NCBI GenBank assembly: GCA_902492505.1
Contig: CABULU010000001.1
Span: 71,601 to 135,600 of the forward strand
DNA: 64,000 nt
From: an uncultured Eubacteriales bacterium
GTDB taxonomy: Bacteria; Bacillota; Clostridia; Oscillospirales; QAKW01
Direction: 5' to 3'
The position numbers and the translations under genes are program-made. The notes under the pieces are model-generated. The model was not told the origin of the DNA and did no database searches. It saw only the letters and a program-made list of their open reading frames with translations. Numbering within the stretch: the stretch's first letter is position 1; the number at the start of each line of letters is the position of its first letter. This document shows positions 36,910-46,500 of the stretch, piece by piece.

Positions 36910-37890
36910 TTGAAATATTTAAAATGTGTGTTCTGTTGCATTCTGGCGGTTATTATGATGCAGTCTTCGCTTGTATATGCAAATGAGCCGTCCGAAAATC
37001 CGTACATGGATATAAGCAGTGACAAGTGGTACTATGAGGAGGTAATAAAAGCGTATGAGCTTGGCATCATGAACGGCGTGCCATACAAGCGCTTTGAGCC
37101 TGAGCTTCCCATGACGAGGGAAATGTTTGTCACCGCGCTTGAAAGAATGACAGAGGTATCCTGCAAATATTCTAACAGCTTGCCTTTTGACGATATTAAA
37201 AGCGAAAAAAGATGGTATTCATATGCCTTACTTTGGGCGTATGACATGGATATAGTTCGCGGAGTTGATAAAAATACCTTTGGTCTCGGTCAGTATGTTA
37301 CCCGTCAGCAAATAGCGGCGTTTATTTACAGGTATCTCAATAACAAATTTATTTTGATTTCCGTGCCGCAGGCAGAAAATCCCGTGCCGGAGTTTACGGA
37401 TACTCCGTCAAAGTATGCAATCGAGGCTGTCAATGCCCTTCGTCTTTGCGGTATTTTGAAGGGCGTGGGAAATGACAAATTTGCACCGCATGCCGCCGTG
37501 ACGCGCGCAGAGGCCGCAGCGATTTTGTGCAGATTGTACGAAGCGGTTCAAAACGCCTCGTATAGGTTTAATCTTGACCCCGACAGATATGTTAAGATAG
37601 AGGTAGTAGCACAGGTTGCGGATGAAAACGGGAAAATACCGAAGATAAGAGCGATTACCGATAAGGCGGACGTTGTGCGTGCGGTAGAATACATAAATAA
37701 AATCGAGTTTACGTCTTCCTTCGCTGTTGAGCCGGCTGCCGGATGGACCTGTTTAATAAGGTTTTATGACAGCAGTCATAGCTCAAGTATTTTCGGTATT
37801 TCAAAGACAAATGATTCCGGGATTAAGCACAATAACCGGTTTTACGTGACGGATAAATTTAAACCTTTCTGGGACTTCATAGACGGTTAG
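36910..37890 (+). CDS. SLH-domain (x3) cell-surface protein with unknown C-terminal domain
   Basis: Signal peptide and three SLH repeats (for example FTDTPSKYAIEAVNALRLCGILKGVGNDKFAPHAAVTRAEAA). TTG start behind aggtga. Confidence 0.75.
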   Translation: MKYLKCVFCCILAVIMMQSSLVYANEPSENPYMDISSDKWYYEEVIKAYELGIMNGVPYKRFEPELPMTREMFVTALERMTEVSCKYSNSLPFDDIKSEKRWYSYALLWAYDMDIVRGVDKNTFGLGQYVTRQQIAAFIYRYLNNKFILISVPQAENPVPEFTDTPSKYAIEAVNALRLCGILKGVGNDKFAPHAAVTRAEAAAILCRLYEAVQNASYRFNLDPDRYVKIEVVAQVADENGKIPKIRAITDKADVVRAVEYINKIEFTSSFAVEPAAGWTCLIRFYDSSHSSSIFGISKTNDSGIKHNNRFYVTDKFKPFWDFIDG

Positions 37891-37921
37891 CAGTAAAATC
37901 TCTGATGATATTTTAGCGGTA

Positions 37922-37955
37922 AATTGTCCATACTTTAAGTATGGACAATTTTTTT
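37922..37955 (+). terminator. intrinsic terminator (12-bp perfect stem)
   Basis: aattgtccatac-tttaa-gtatggacaatt followed by T7. The 3' arm contains the ATG of the next ORF. Confidence 0.85.
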
Positions 37956-39074
37956 GTAAAAAAATATCCCGCGGTTGAGAATAAAAGCTTTGTACGGCTG
38001 TTGTCATCCCAGCTTTTGTCACAGTCCGGCGGGTATATACAAAACGTGGCGCTCAGCGCGCTTATAACCGAGATGACGGGCAGCCGCATGTCGCTCGGTG
38101 TTTTTTTGTGCGTGTCTTACGCTCCTGTGTTTTTGTTTTCGTATTTTGCGGGAAGGCTTACCAACAGAATTCCCGCAAAGAGTATGCTAATCACTACCGA
38201 AATAATGCTGCTTGCAATGTCGTCGGCGCTTATTTTTTTAAGAGACATGCCGTTTTGGGGCTTTTTAGTCTTCGGCGCGCTGTGGGGTACCGTCCGTGCG
38301 TTTCAGACCCCGGCGGCAAGCTCTATGCCAAAGCTTATGTGTGAAGAAAATGCACTGCCGTCCGGCGTCGCGGCGCTGAGCCTTGCCATGTCGCTGTCGC
38401 GCGCCGCAGGACCTATTATTTCGGGTGTGCTGTATACCGCGCTTTCCTACCGAGCGGCATTTATTGCAAATGCGTTTAGCTATATTCCGTCTCTGTTTTT
38501 ACTGTGGGGAATAAAGATAAATACACAAAAAGCCTGCAGAAAAGTCAAAAAGGGAAAAATGAACCTAAGCATTCCTCTGCTTGCGGTAGTGTTTACGGTA
38601 TCGCTTGTCGGAACGGCATATAACCTGATATTCACCGGGATTTCGGAAAAGCTCGAACTTTCACGCATATGGTTTTCGGTGTTTATGGCACTAATCGGCG
38701 TGGGTGCCGTTATCGGTGCTTATATTATGTCCGGAAAGAAAAGATTTATCTGGGCGGCGCTCGGCATTGCGGTTTCGGCGGGAATACTCTCATTTTCGGG
38801 AAGCGTTTATATTATCTGCCCCGTAGTTCTTATCTACGGGCTGTCCGATTATCTGTTTTTCACCTCCGCGCTCACAAAGATTCAGGAGGAAAACGATGAG
38901 AATTCCATTGCGGGCGCAATGGGAATTTATACTATCGTGACAACAGGTGCGCTGCCGCTCGGGTTTTTAGCTTTGGGCTATTTAACGCAGGCTTTGCCCA
39001 TATCTTCGGTGCTGTGTATTATTGCCGCCTGTGTTGCGGGTATGTATCTGGTTTTTTCTCGAAAAATCCGTTGA
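37941..39074 (+). CDS. MFS transporter
   Basis: 377-aa polytopic protein with an MFS-like N-terminus (FVRLLSSQLLSQSGGYIQNVALSALI). The only in-frame start before that motif is the ATG at 37941, which has no SD. Confidence 0.7.
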   Translation: MDNFFVKKYPAVENKSFVRLLSSQLLSQSGGYIQNVALSALITEMTGSRMSLGVFLCVSYAPVFLFSYFAGRLTNRIPAKSMLITTEIMLLAMSSALIFLRDMPFWGFLVFGALWGTVRAFQTPAASSMPKLMCEENALPSGVAALSLAMSLSRAAGPIISGVLYTALSYRAAFIANAFSYIPSLFLLWGIKINTQKACRKVKKGKMNLSIPLLAVVFTVSLVGTAYNLIFTGISEKLELSRIWFSVFMALIGVGAVIGAYIMSGKKRFIWAALGIAVSAGILSFSGSVYIICPVVLIYGLSDYLFFTSALTKIQEENDENSIAGAMGIYTIVTTGALPLGFLALGYLTQALPISSVLCIIAACVAGMYLVFSRKIR

Positions 39075-39077
39075 CAT

Positions 39078-39105
39078 TTGACTTTTTTGTGATAAACTAT
39101 ATAAT
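39078..39105 (+). promoter_or_regulatory. sigma-A promoter of the decarboxylase operon
   Basis: TTGACT, 16-nt spacer, TATAAT. Confidence 0.6.
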
Positions 39106-39143
39106 GACGAAAAATTTGGAATTAAATTAAGGAGATGACAATA

Positions 39144-40523
39144 ATGAAGGTGAATTTTACCGAAACGGTGCTGCGTGACGCAAATCAGTCATTGATTGCA
39201 ACGCGTCTGCCGTTTGAAAAATTTGCGCCTGTTTTGTCCGACATGAATAAGGCAGGGTACTACTCTGTCGAGTGTTGGGGCGGTGCTACCTTTGACAGCT
39301 GTCTGCGTTTTCTTAACGAAGATCCGTGGGAGAGGCTGAGAAAAATCAGAGAGGCAATGCCCGACACTAAGCTTCAGATGCTGCTTCGCGGACAAAATCT
39401 ATTGGGTTATAAGCATTATCCCGACGATGTTGTAAGAAAATTCGTTGAGCTGTCCGTTAAGAACGGAATTGATATTATTCGTATTTTTGATGCGCTTAAC
39501 GATGTACGGAATATACGTGTTGCCGTTGAGGAAACGATAAAGCACGGCGCTCATGCTTCCGGCGCCATCTCCTACACCACAAGCCCCGTTCATAATCTTG
39601 AAAGCTATGTAAAGCTTGCAAAAGAAATGGAAAACATGGGCGTTGCATCTGTCTGTATCAAGGATATGGCGGGCGTTATGTCGCCTAAGGAGGCGTATGA
39701 CCTTGTAAAGGCGCTCAAGGAGAATATAAAAGTGCCTGTTGTCGTTCATACCCACTGCACGGCGGGTCTTGCGTTTATGACCTACCTCAAGGCGGTTGAG
39801 GCCGGCGCCGATGTGATTGATACCGCTACTTCCTGCTTTTCCGGCGGTACTTCGCAGCCTGCAACTGAGACTTTGGCGTATGCCCTGCGCGATTTGGGCT
39901 ACGAGGTATCTCTTGACGATAAAATTCTCTCAAAGGTTAACTCCTATTTCGCACCTATCAGAAACGAGTATCTGCAAAACGGAACGCTTGATCCGCTGAT
40001 GATGGCGACGGATACCGCATGCCTTGATTATAAGGTTCCTGGCGGTATGCTTTCCAATCTGGTTTCACAGCTTAAGATGCAGAATGCAATGGATAAGTTT
40101 GAAGATGTTTTGGCAGAGGTGCCCAAGGTTCGTGCGGAGCTTGGATATCCTCCGCTTGTAACGCCGATGAGCCAGATGGTTGGTGTTCAGGCTGCGCAGA
40201 ATGTTCTGCTGGGTGAGCGCTATAAGAGTATAGGCAAAGAGGTTAAGGCGTATGTCCGCGGTGAGTACGGTCGTGCTCCCGGTGAAATCAATGCCGAAAT
40301 CGCTAAAAAGGTTTTGGGCGACGAAAAGCCTATAACACATCGTCCCGCAGATGACCTTGCTGACGAGTTTGAGGCAACCAAGGCAAAGCTCGGCGATATC
40401 GCAAAAAGCGATGAGGATGTGCTTTCCTACATCGCGTTCCCGCAGGTCGCGGAAAAATTCTTTGAACAACGCCGCAAGTTAGAGGAAAACACGGTAGTTT
40501 ACTCTATAAAGCGTATTGATTAG
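39144..40523 (+). CDS. oxaloacetate decarboxylase alpha-type carboxyltransferase subunit (no fused biotin domain)
   Basis: The VLRDANQSLIATRL N-terminus (HMGL-like plus PYC_OADA) matches OadA/PycB. The protein ends without a biotinyl domain. Confidence 0.8.
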   Translation: MKVNFTETVLRDANQSLIATRLPFEKFAPVLSDMNKAGYYSVECWGGATFDSCLRFLNEDPWERLRKIREAMPDTKLQMLLRGQNLLGYKHYPDDVVRKFVELSVKNGIDIIRIFDALNDVRNIRVAVEETIKHGAHASGAISYTTSPVHNLESYVKLAKEMENMGVASVCIKDMAGVMSPKEAYDLVKALKENIKVPVVVHTHCTAGLAFMTYLKAVEAGADVIDTATSCFSGGTSQPATETLAYALRDLGYEVSLDDKILSKVNSYFAPIRNEYLQNGTLDPLMMATDTACLDYKVPGGMLSNLVSQLKMQNAMDKFEDVLAEVPKVRAELGYPPLVTPMSQMVGVQAAQNVLLGERYKSIGKEVKAYVRGEYGRAPGEINAEIAKKVLGDEKPITHRPADDLADEFEATKAKLGDIAKSDEDVLSYIAFPQVAEKFFEQRRKLEENTVVYSIKRID

Positions 40524-40534
40524 GGGGCTGTTTT

Positions 40535-40879
40535 ATGAGTTCTTACGAAAATCCTTCTATCACCGACGCACTGATTATCGCACTTGTAGGATTTGCTACG
40601 GTCTTTGTGGTTCTTATTGTTCTGATGGGTATTATAGCACTCATTTCTAAGTTATTCGGCGGGAAAACAGCTCCTGCCGACGAGCCTGAAGCTGTTTCGG
40701 CGGCACCCGAGACTGTTGTGGCAGCATCCGAGGCTGAGCGGACAGAGGATAATTATACCGGCGTTAAGCTGCACGGCATTGACGACAAGACTGCGGCGGT
40801 GCTTATGGCAATTGTTGCACACAAGCTTAATAAGCCGCTTGATAATCTGAGATTTATTTCTGTCAGAGAGGTAAAATAA
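40535..40879 (+). CDS. OadG-family decarboxylase gamma subunit
   Basis: 114 aa with a single N-terminal TM helix ([26 protein letters not shown]), positioned inside the decarboxylase operon. Confidence 0.7.
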   Translation: MSSYENPSITDALIIALVGFATVFVVLIVLMGIIALISKLFGGKTAPADEPEAVSAAPETVVAASEAERTEDNYTGVKLHGIDDKTAAVLMAIVAHKLNKPLDNLRFISVREVK

Positions 40880-40880
40880 C

Positions 40881-41318
40881 ATGAAATACGAAGTTACATT
40901 AAACGGCAAGACATATGAAATTGAGGTAGAAGAGGGCAAAGCAATTGTTTTGGATGAGCGAGCGGCTGCACCCGTCGCTCCTGCCGCCCCTGCACCGGCT
41001 CCGGCTGCACCCGTCGCGCCTGCCGCCTCTGCACCGGCTCCGGCTGCACCTGTGGCGTCTGCGGAGTCTGCACCCGCGCCTGCTGCTTCTGCTCCGGCAG
41101 GAAGCGGCACGCCTGTAAACGCTCCGCTTCCCGGTACGATACTTAGCGTAAATGTGTCAAACGGACAGACTGTGAAAGCAGGTCAGGTGCTTGTTGTCAT
41201 TGAGGCCATGAAAATGGAAAATGAGATAATGGCGCCCTCTGACGGTACAGTCACCTCTGTTGCCGTCTCCAAAGGACAGTCTGTCGAGAGCGGCGCTGCA
41301 CTTGTGTATCTCGCATAG
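40881..41318 (+). CDS. biotin carboxyl carrier protein (free-standing biotinyl domain with Ala/Pro linker)
   Basis: EAMKMENEI biotinylation motif and an ([12 protein letters not shown])n linker. Confidence 0.85.
   Translation: MKYEVTLNGKTYEIEVEEGKAIVLDERAAAPVAPAAPAPAPAAPVAPAASAPAPAAPVASAESAPAPAASAPAGSGTPVNAPLPGTILSVNVSNGQTVKAGQVLVVIEAMKMENEIMAPSDGTVTSVAVSKGQSVESGAALVYLA
40964..41062 (+). repeat. 39-bp tandem repeat (about 2.5 copies) encoding the Ala/Pro linker
   Basis: Units at 40964-41002 and 41003-41041 differ at 2 of 39 positions. A partial third copy follows. Confidence 0.8.
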
Positions 41319-41332
41319 GGGGGTAAAGACAA

Positions 41333-42535
41333 GTGAATATTATAGTTGAAACCTTACAGGGCATCTGGGAAAGCTCCGGTTTCTCAAATATGACCTGGCA
41401 GTCGGCAGTTATGATTGTGCTTGCCTGCGTGCTCCTGTATTTGGGTATTGTAAAAAAGTTTGAGCCACTGCTGCTTGTCGGAATTGCTTTCGGAATGCTG
41501 CTTACCAATCTGCCGACGCCTGACGGTGCTACGGCAATATACAATCCTGCTCTGTGGGAGCAGTTTATGGATGAGGGTTCAGAATTCTATCACAGCTACG
41601 GTCATATTCTGGCAAACGGCGGATTTCTTGATATATTGTATATCGGCGTCAAGGCGGGTATTTATCCGTCGCTGATATTCCTGGGCGTAGGTGCTATGAC
41701 CGATTTCGGTCCGATGCTTTCAAATCCAAAATCGTTTCTTTTGGGCGCTGCGGCACAGTTTGGCGTTTACTGCGCGATGCTTCTTGCAATTTTTCTCGGC
41801 TTTTCGGGACCGGAGGCGGCGTCTATCGGTATTATCGGAGGTGCGGACGGACCTACCGCGATATTCCTAACGTCAATGCTTGCACCTGCGCTTTTGGGCG
41901 CGATAGCGATTGCGGCGTACAGCTACATGGCGCTTATCCCGCTTATTCAGCCTCCGCTGATGCGGCTTATAACAACTAAGGAAGAACGTGAAATCAAGAT
42001 GGAGCAGCTCCGTCCTGTTTCAAAGCGTGAAAAAATAGTTTTTCCGATAGTTGTTACTATATTTACTGTTCTGCTCTTACCGTCGGTCGCTCCGCTGCTT
42101 GGTTGTCTTATGCTCGGAAATCTGTTCCGTGAATGCGGAGTTACCGAACGTCTTTCGGACACTGCGCAGAATGCACTTATGAATATTGTTACGATTTTCC
42201 TCGGGATTTCTGTCGGGGCTACAACTGTCGGCGCGAATTTCCTTTCCTGGAATACACTCAAAATTATCGGTCTGGGTCTGATTGCGTTTGCATTTTCTAC
42301 TGTCGGCGGTCTTTTGCTCGGCAAAATTATGTGCAAGCTCTCCGGCGGAAAAATCAATCCGCTTATCGGTTCCGCAGGCGTTTCCGCTGTTCCGATGGCG
42401 GCGCGTGTTTCGCAGGTTGAGGGTCAAAAGGCAAATCCCTCCAACTTCCTGCTAATGCACGCTATGGGTCCAAATGTTGCCGGTGTTATCGGCTCTGCTG
42501 TTGCAGCGGGATTTTTGCTGACGATATTCGGATAA
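41333..42535 (+). CDS. sodium ion-translocating decarboxylase beta subunit
   Basis: OadB/GcdB/MmdB-like polytopic protein with the IGIIGGADGPT motif. GTG start behind ggggggt. Confidence 0.85.
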   Translation: MNIIVETLQGIWESSGFSNMTWQSAVMIVLACVLLYLGIVKKFEPLLLVGIAFGMLLTNLPTPDGATAIYNPALWEQFMDEGSEFYHSYGHILANGGFLDILYIGVKAGIYPSLIFLGVGAMTDFGPMLSNPKSFLLGAAAQFGVYCAMLLAIFLGFSGPEAASIGIIGGADGPTAIFLTSMLAPALLGAIAIAAYSYMALIPLIQPPLMRLITTKEEREIKMEQLRPVSKREKIVFPIVVTIFTVLLLPSVAPLLGCLMLGNLFRECGVTERLSDTAQNALMNIVTIFLGISVGATTVGANFLSWNTLKIIGLGLIAFAFSTVGGLLLGKIMCKLSGGKINPLIGSAGVSAVPMAARVSQVEGQKANPSNFLLMHAMGPNVAGVIGSAVAAGFLLTIFG

Positions 42536-42565
42536 TTCTTATCGGTAAACCGAAAAAATTTTATA

Positions 42566-42600
42566 AAAACAGACCTTAATTTAAGGTCTGTTTTTTGTTT
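42566..42600 (+). terminator. intrinsic terminator
   Basis: aaaaacagacctta-att-taaggtctg followed by T6. Confidence 0.85.
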
Positions 42601-42774
42601 TGCCAAATTATATGTACCTTAACGTAATGTAATACTGGAAAATTTAGGATATTATACAAGAACGGTTTTGCTGATTTGCATAAATTTTACAAAAAATAAA
42701 TATATTTGATAATATTGTGGCATTTATGGGAAAATTATGATATTATGAAGAAAATATATAAAGGAGGAAGCTAT

Positions 42775-43473
42775 ATGAAAAAAATAATATCTTTAATACT
42801 GATGTGTGTTATGTTACTCTGCGTAGCATCCTGCAAACGCCGTCCGCCGGAAGATGTAAGAGCAGATATTCCGGCGCAGAGCAGCGGCGACGCGGCGGAC
42901 GAGCCGGAAGACAAAACAGATAAAGAAAAGACTGAAGATAAGCCTGCAGAAAATGCAGATGATAATAAGAATGATATAAATACAGAAAATAAAAAAGATA
43001 CAGAAAATAAAAAAGATACAGAAACAACAGAGCAAAAAGATAAGGATAATGTTGAGGACGCAAACGATAATTCAGAAAATACAGAGAAAGAAGAAGCAGA
43101 AACGGATGCGCCCGCCGACGATTCAAAGCCGACGACCGGTCCCGAGTCTTGGGTGACTATAACTGAGGAAAAGGCGCCGCCGTGTAATGTAACAATTGAC
43201 GACGATTTTGATGAAGGAAAGGTGTTGGTATATCTTACACGTGCGCAGAGTGCAGCTCGGCAAGAGTATACTGCGGCGGATTTTCCGGGTGTGGATATAG
43301 AAGAAATTAGAGTCGGTTCGTATTATCCCGAAATCAATAACCGCATTTCAGTAAGATTAATATTAACCCAAAAGGATAAAGGCTCTGTAATTGAGGCTAT
43401 AAGGATATTGGAGCAAAGTCCCATAGTATACTATGCCAAACCCATTATAACTAGGGAGGTAATTGATGTATGA
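42775..43473 (+). CDS. lipoprotein with acidic repeat region and subtilase-propeptide-like C-terminal domain
   Basis: Lipobox VASC. K/D/E/T/N-rich spacer. The C-terminal end ...KGSVIEAIRILEQSPIVYYAKPI resembles I9/fervidolysin-type prodomain endings. SD aaaggagga. Confidence 0.6.
   Translation: MKKIISLILMCVMLLCVASCKRRPPEDVRADIPAQSSGDAADEPEDKTDKEKTEDKPAENADDNKNDINTENKKDTENKKDTETTEQKDKDNVEDANDNSENTEKEEAETDAPADDSKPTTGPESWVTITEEKAPPCNVTIDDDFDEGKVLVYLTRAQSAARQEYTAADFPGVDIEEIRVGSYYPEINNRISVRLILTQKDKGSVIEAIRILEQSPIVYYAKPIITREVIDV
42981..43024 (+). repeat. 18-bp tandem repeat (tacagaaaataaaaaaga, about 2.4 copies)
   Basis: Encodes NKKDTE NKKDTE within the lipoprotein spacer. Confidence 0.8.
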
Positions 43474-43531
43474 TATACTTAATTTCAGTAAACTTAATAT
43501 TAACTCAAAAGGATAAAGCCTCTGTAATTGA
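43347..43531 (+). repeat. 48-bp direct repeat: gene-internal segment echoed downstream of the stop
   Basis: 43347-43394 versus 43484-43531 match at 44 of 48 positions (ttcagtaa..ttaatattaac.caaaaggataaag.ctctgtaattga). Confidence 0.75.
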
Positions 43532-43558
43532 TTGTTGATAATTGTTAACAATAAAATA

Positions 43559-43583
43559 ATCCCCGGGCAGTTTGCCCGGGGAT
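43559..43583. terminator. bidirectional intrinsic terminator
   Basis: atccccgggca-gtt-tgcccggggat with A/T-rich flanks, 7 bp beyond the stop of the giant gene. Confidence 0.85.
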
Positions 43584-43589
43584 ATTTTA

Positions 43590-46500
43590 TTATTTTACAA
43601 AACTCTGATGAAATCTTGTAATTATAGTTGCAACCTGTGCGCGCGTAGCATAATCCCGCGGTGCAAAGTTGTGTTCGTCCATGCCGTCTATTATTCCGGC
43701 TCTCTGGCAGATTTCAACCGCCTCTTTGGCGTAGTTTTGAATTCTGCTTTCGTCATTGAAGGTTTTCTTTTCAACCCGTTCATCAAGCACAATACCCGCA
43801 AATTTTGCATACCTTACAATCATCGTGCAAATCTGCTGTCTCTGTACATTATCATTGGGTGAAAATTTATCGCTGTCCGTGCCGTCAACAATTCCGTTTT
43901 CAAAAGCCCATTTAACAGCCGGTGTATACCACTTACCGGACGGTACATCGCTAAATGCCGTTTCAACTTCGCGGTTTTCCGTGTCTACGCCGCTCATGTT
44001 CGCAAGAATTTGGACAAACATGGCTCTTGTGAGCGTCATTGCCGGTGCAAATACCGTTTCATCAGTTCCGTTCATCAGCTCATATGTTGCTACATAATCA
44101 ATGTAGCTCTTGTACCATCTGCCGCTTTCTACGTCGCTGAACTGCTTTGAACTGTCTGTAAGCTCCTTGTCGGGTTCGGGAGTAGGTTCGGGCTCGGGTT
44201 CGGGTTCGGGCTCAGGTTCGGGTTCAGGTGTTGGGTCGAGCTTTGTGCCCTGCGCGGTTCTGACTTCTTCCTCACCGCAGTATTCACATTTCCTTGTCTC
44301 TGTGCCGTCCGCTTCCACAGTGGCGTCGTTGTTATAAACAAATTCGCCCCATTTATGTGCGTCCGGGTTTACGGGAATAGCCTCGACTTTTGTATGGGAA
44401 CTGTCGTTTTTGCATGTAAAGAGCTTTTCGCCCTGTGCCGAGCATGTGGGTTCTTTTGTAATTACTCCGTTGTCCCATGCGTGTTCATCGGCGTCAATAG
44501 GAATTGTCTCAGTCCTTGTATGAGAACTGTCATTACGGCAGGTAAACAACAGCTCACCCTCTTGCGAACAGGTCGGCGTTTTTGTTACCGTTCCGTTATC
44601 CCAATTGTGACCGAGCGCAGAATCCTCCTTAATTCTTGTGTCCGTATACGTACAGCCGTATGTGGTACAGTGTGCAGTTTCGGTTCCGTTATTCTCGCAG
44701 TCCGCGTCATTGTTGGAAACATATTCACCGAAACTGTGTTTTTTCAGTGCATTTTCCGCATTTGTCAGCATATTTACGGCGGCTGATACATCGGCGGCGC
44801 TTTCAAACAATTCTGCCGCCGCTTCAGCGTTTGATATCGCTGTCAGCAGTGCGTCAAATGTGGGAGTGCAGTATAAGTTACTGTCGTTGCTTATCTGTTT
44901 TGTGCGTTTGAGTACGGTGTTGAATTCACTCTGGTCTATAAGTCCGTTTACTGCACTTTCAAGCTCTGTGCATGCCTGCATTATTTGTCTTGCATTCGGG
45001 GAAATTATTGCTTTGACCTCGTCGATTTTGTCCGTCAGCACTTTGTATGATGCTGCTGTGTACCTGTGGTCGCTGTTTTTTATCTTCTGTGCATCCGCTA
45101 TTGCACTGAGCATCCTTTCGGTGTCAGGCGTCAGATTATCCATTGCTTCAACCAACTCCTGCATCGCCTCGGTAATGTTTTCCGCGCGCAGAGTAACTGC
45201 TGATTTCAGGCTGTAGGTACTTAAATTGTTTTCGCCGTAAAACGTTTTTGCGGTTTCGTACTTTTCAAGGAAATTCTCCGCCGAAACCTCGGTGTAATAT
45301 TCAAACTCCTCGCTGTTTTTTATAATTTCGGCATTTTTTAGGATTTGACCGTAATTCTCCGCTTCCAGAGTGATTTTATCTATTGCATCCTGCAGCGCGT
45401 TGTATGCGGCATTGATTTCCGTCAGTGTGCTTTGCGTTCTTTCTGCGGTTTTTACGGCTGAATTAATTGCCGCGTTCAGTTCCGTTATCTGATGCTGAGA
45501 GCAGCTTGTTGTATCGATTTCACTCGCACTTTCAGTAAGACTGTCAAGCTCGAGCAGCTTTTGAGCGATATCCGCCGCAAGGTTTATTTTCTGAGCTGCG
45601 TTGTCTGCCTGTGTCTTGTCTGCTTTATCGCTGTGAATTATGTATTCACCGTCTTTTGCAGCGAGCCTGATACGTTCTAAAGCGTACTCGCGGTAACCGC
45701 TTGCGCTTTCAAAACCTGCCGCGCGCTCAAGCGCAGTATAAAGCGCACTCATATCGGCGGAGTTTATGTCAATTTCAAGAACCCACTGTTCTGAAGAGGT
45801 GTTGTTTGAAATGCTGACGGTGTATACGGCGTCGTTGACCGCCGGGATTTCGGTTATATCCGAGACTCCGCTGACAGTGATCGAGTTACCGCCGCTTTGA
45901 ATAATATAGTCATTGAGCGAGAAGGTGCTCTTTCCGGCGCCGAGCGTCAGCTTCAGTGTTTTGTCGGAGCTGTTTACCTTGATTTTATCTGAAAACTTAT
46001 AGCTTGTCAGTCCGTCGGAACGTATTGTAAGCGCATAATTTTGATATTGCCAGTTGTTGACGGTGTTGCTGCCGCCCAGTATTTTCCTACCGGCGCCTGT
46101 AATAAAGCTGTCTGAATATACATTGTAGTAGTTCCCGGACAAATCAAGCACGCTGTTGTTTGACGGGTTATTAATTACGCCTGCGACGCCTACAAATCTG
46201 TTGCCCGAAATATTCATTTTCAGCATTTCGTTTGGCTGGGCCGTGTCGTTGAAGGCAATAAATGACGCAGTTTTTTCGGTGCTGCTCAAAAACAGATTGT
46301 TTTGTATGCTTATATCGCTGTAAGCGTAGGGAGACACGGTAAATCCCGCGGCTTTGGTCTGGAAGTTGTAAAAGCAGTTGCCTGTAATGTTTAGCTGCGC
46401 TGTTTGGCTCTGACCGTTGTTTGCATGGTTTCTGCCTTCGAAATACAGATAATTTCCGGCTGATGTATCAATACCGTTTCTCAGATTACAGTTTTTAACC

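Noticed and set aside
40652-41110. 152-aa minus-strand ORF rich in Gly/Ala ([10 protein letters not shown]...)
   Set aside because: It is the reverse complement of the Ala/Pro linker repeat of the biotin carrier protein and is open only because of the repeat composition.
43540-43550. TTGTTAACAA palindrome and the GGTTAAC at 18059-18065 considered as BirA operator half-sites
   Set aside because: BirA operators need two inverted half-sites about 15 bp apart upstream of biotin genes. Only isolated half-site-like strings occur here, and no bio gene is adjacent.
44172-44237. Short tandem repeats that could be mistaken for a CRISPR-like or VNTR locus. The same applies to 40964-41062 and 42981-43024.
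   Set aside because: All are in frame within coding regions, have no spacers, and encode low-complexity linkers (PE, AP, NKKDTE). They are not CRISPR arrays.
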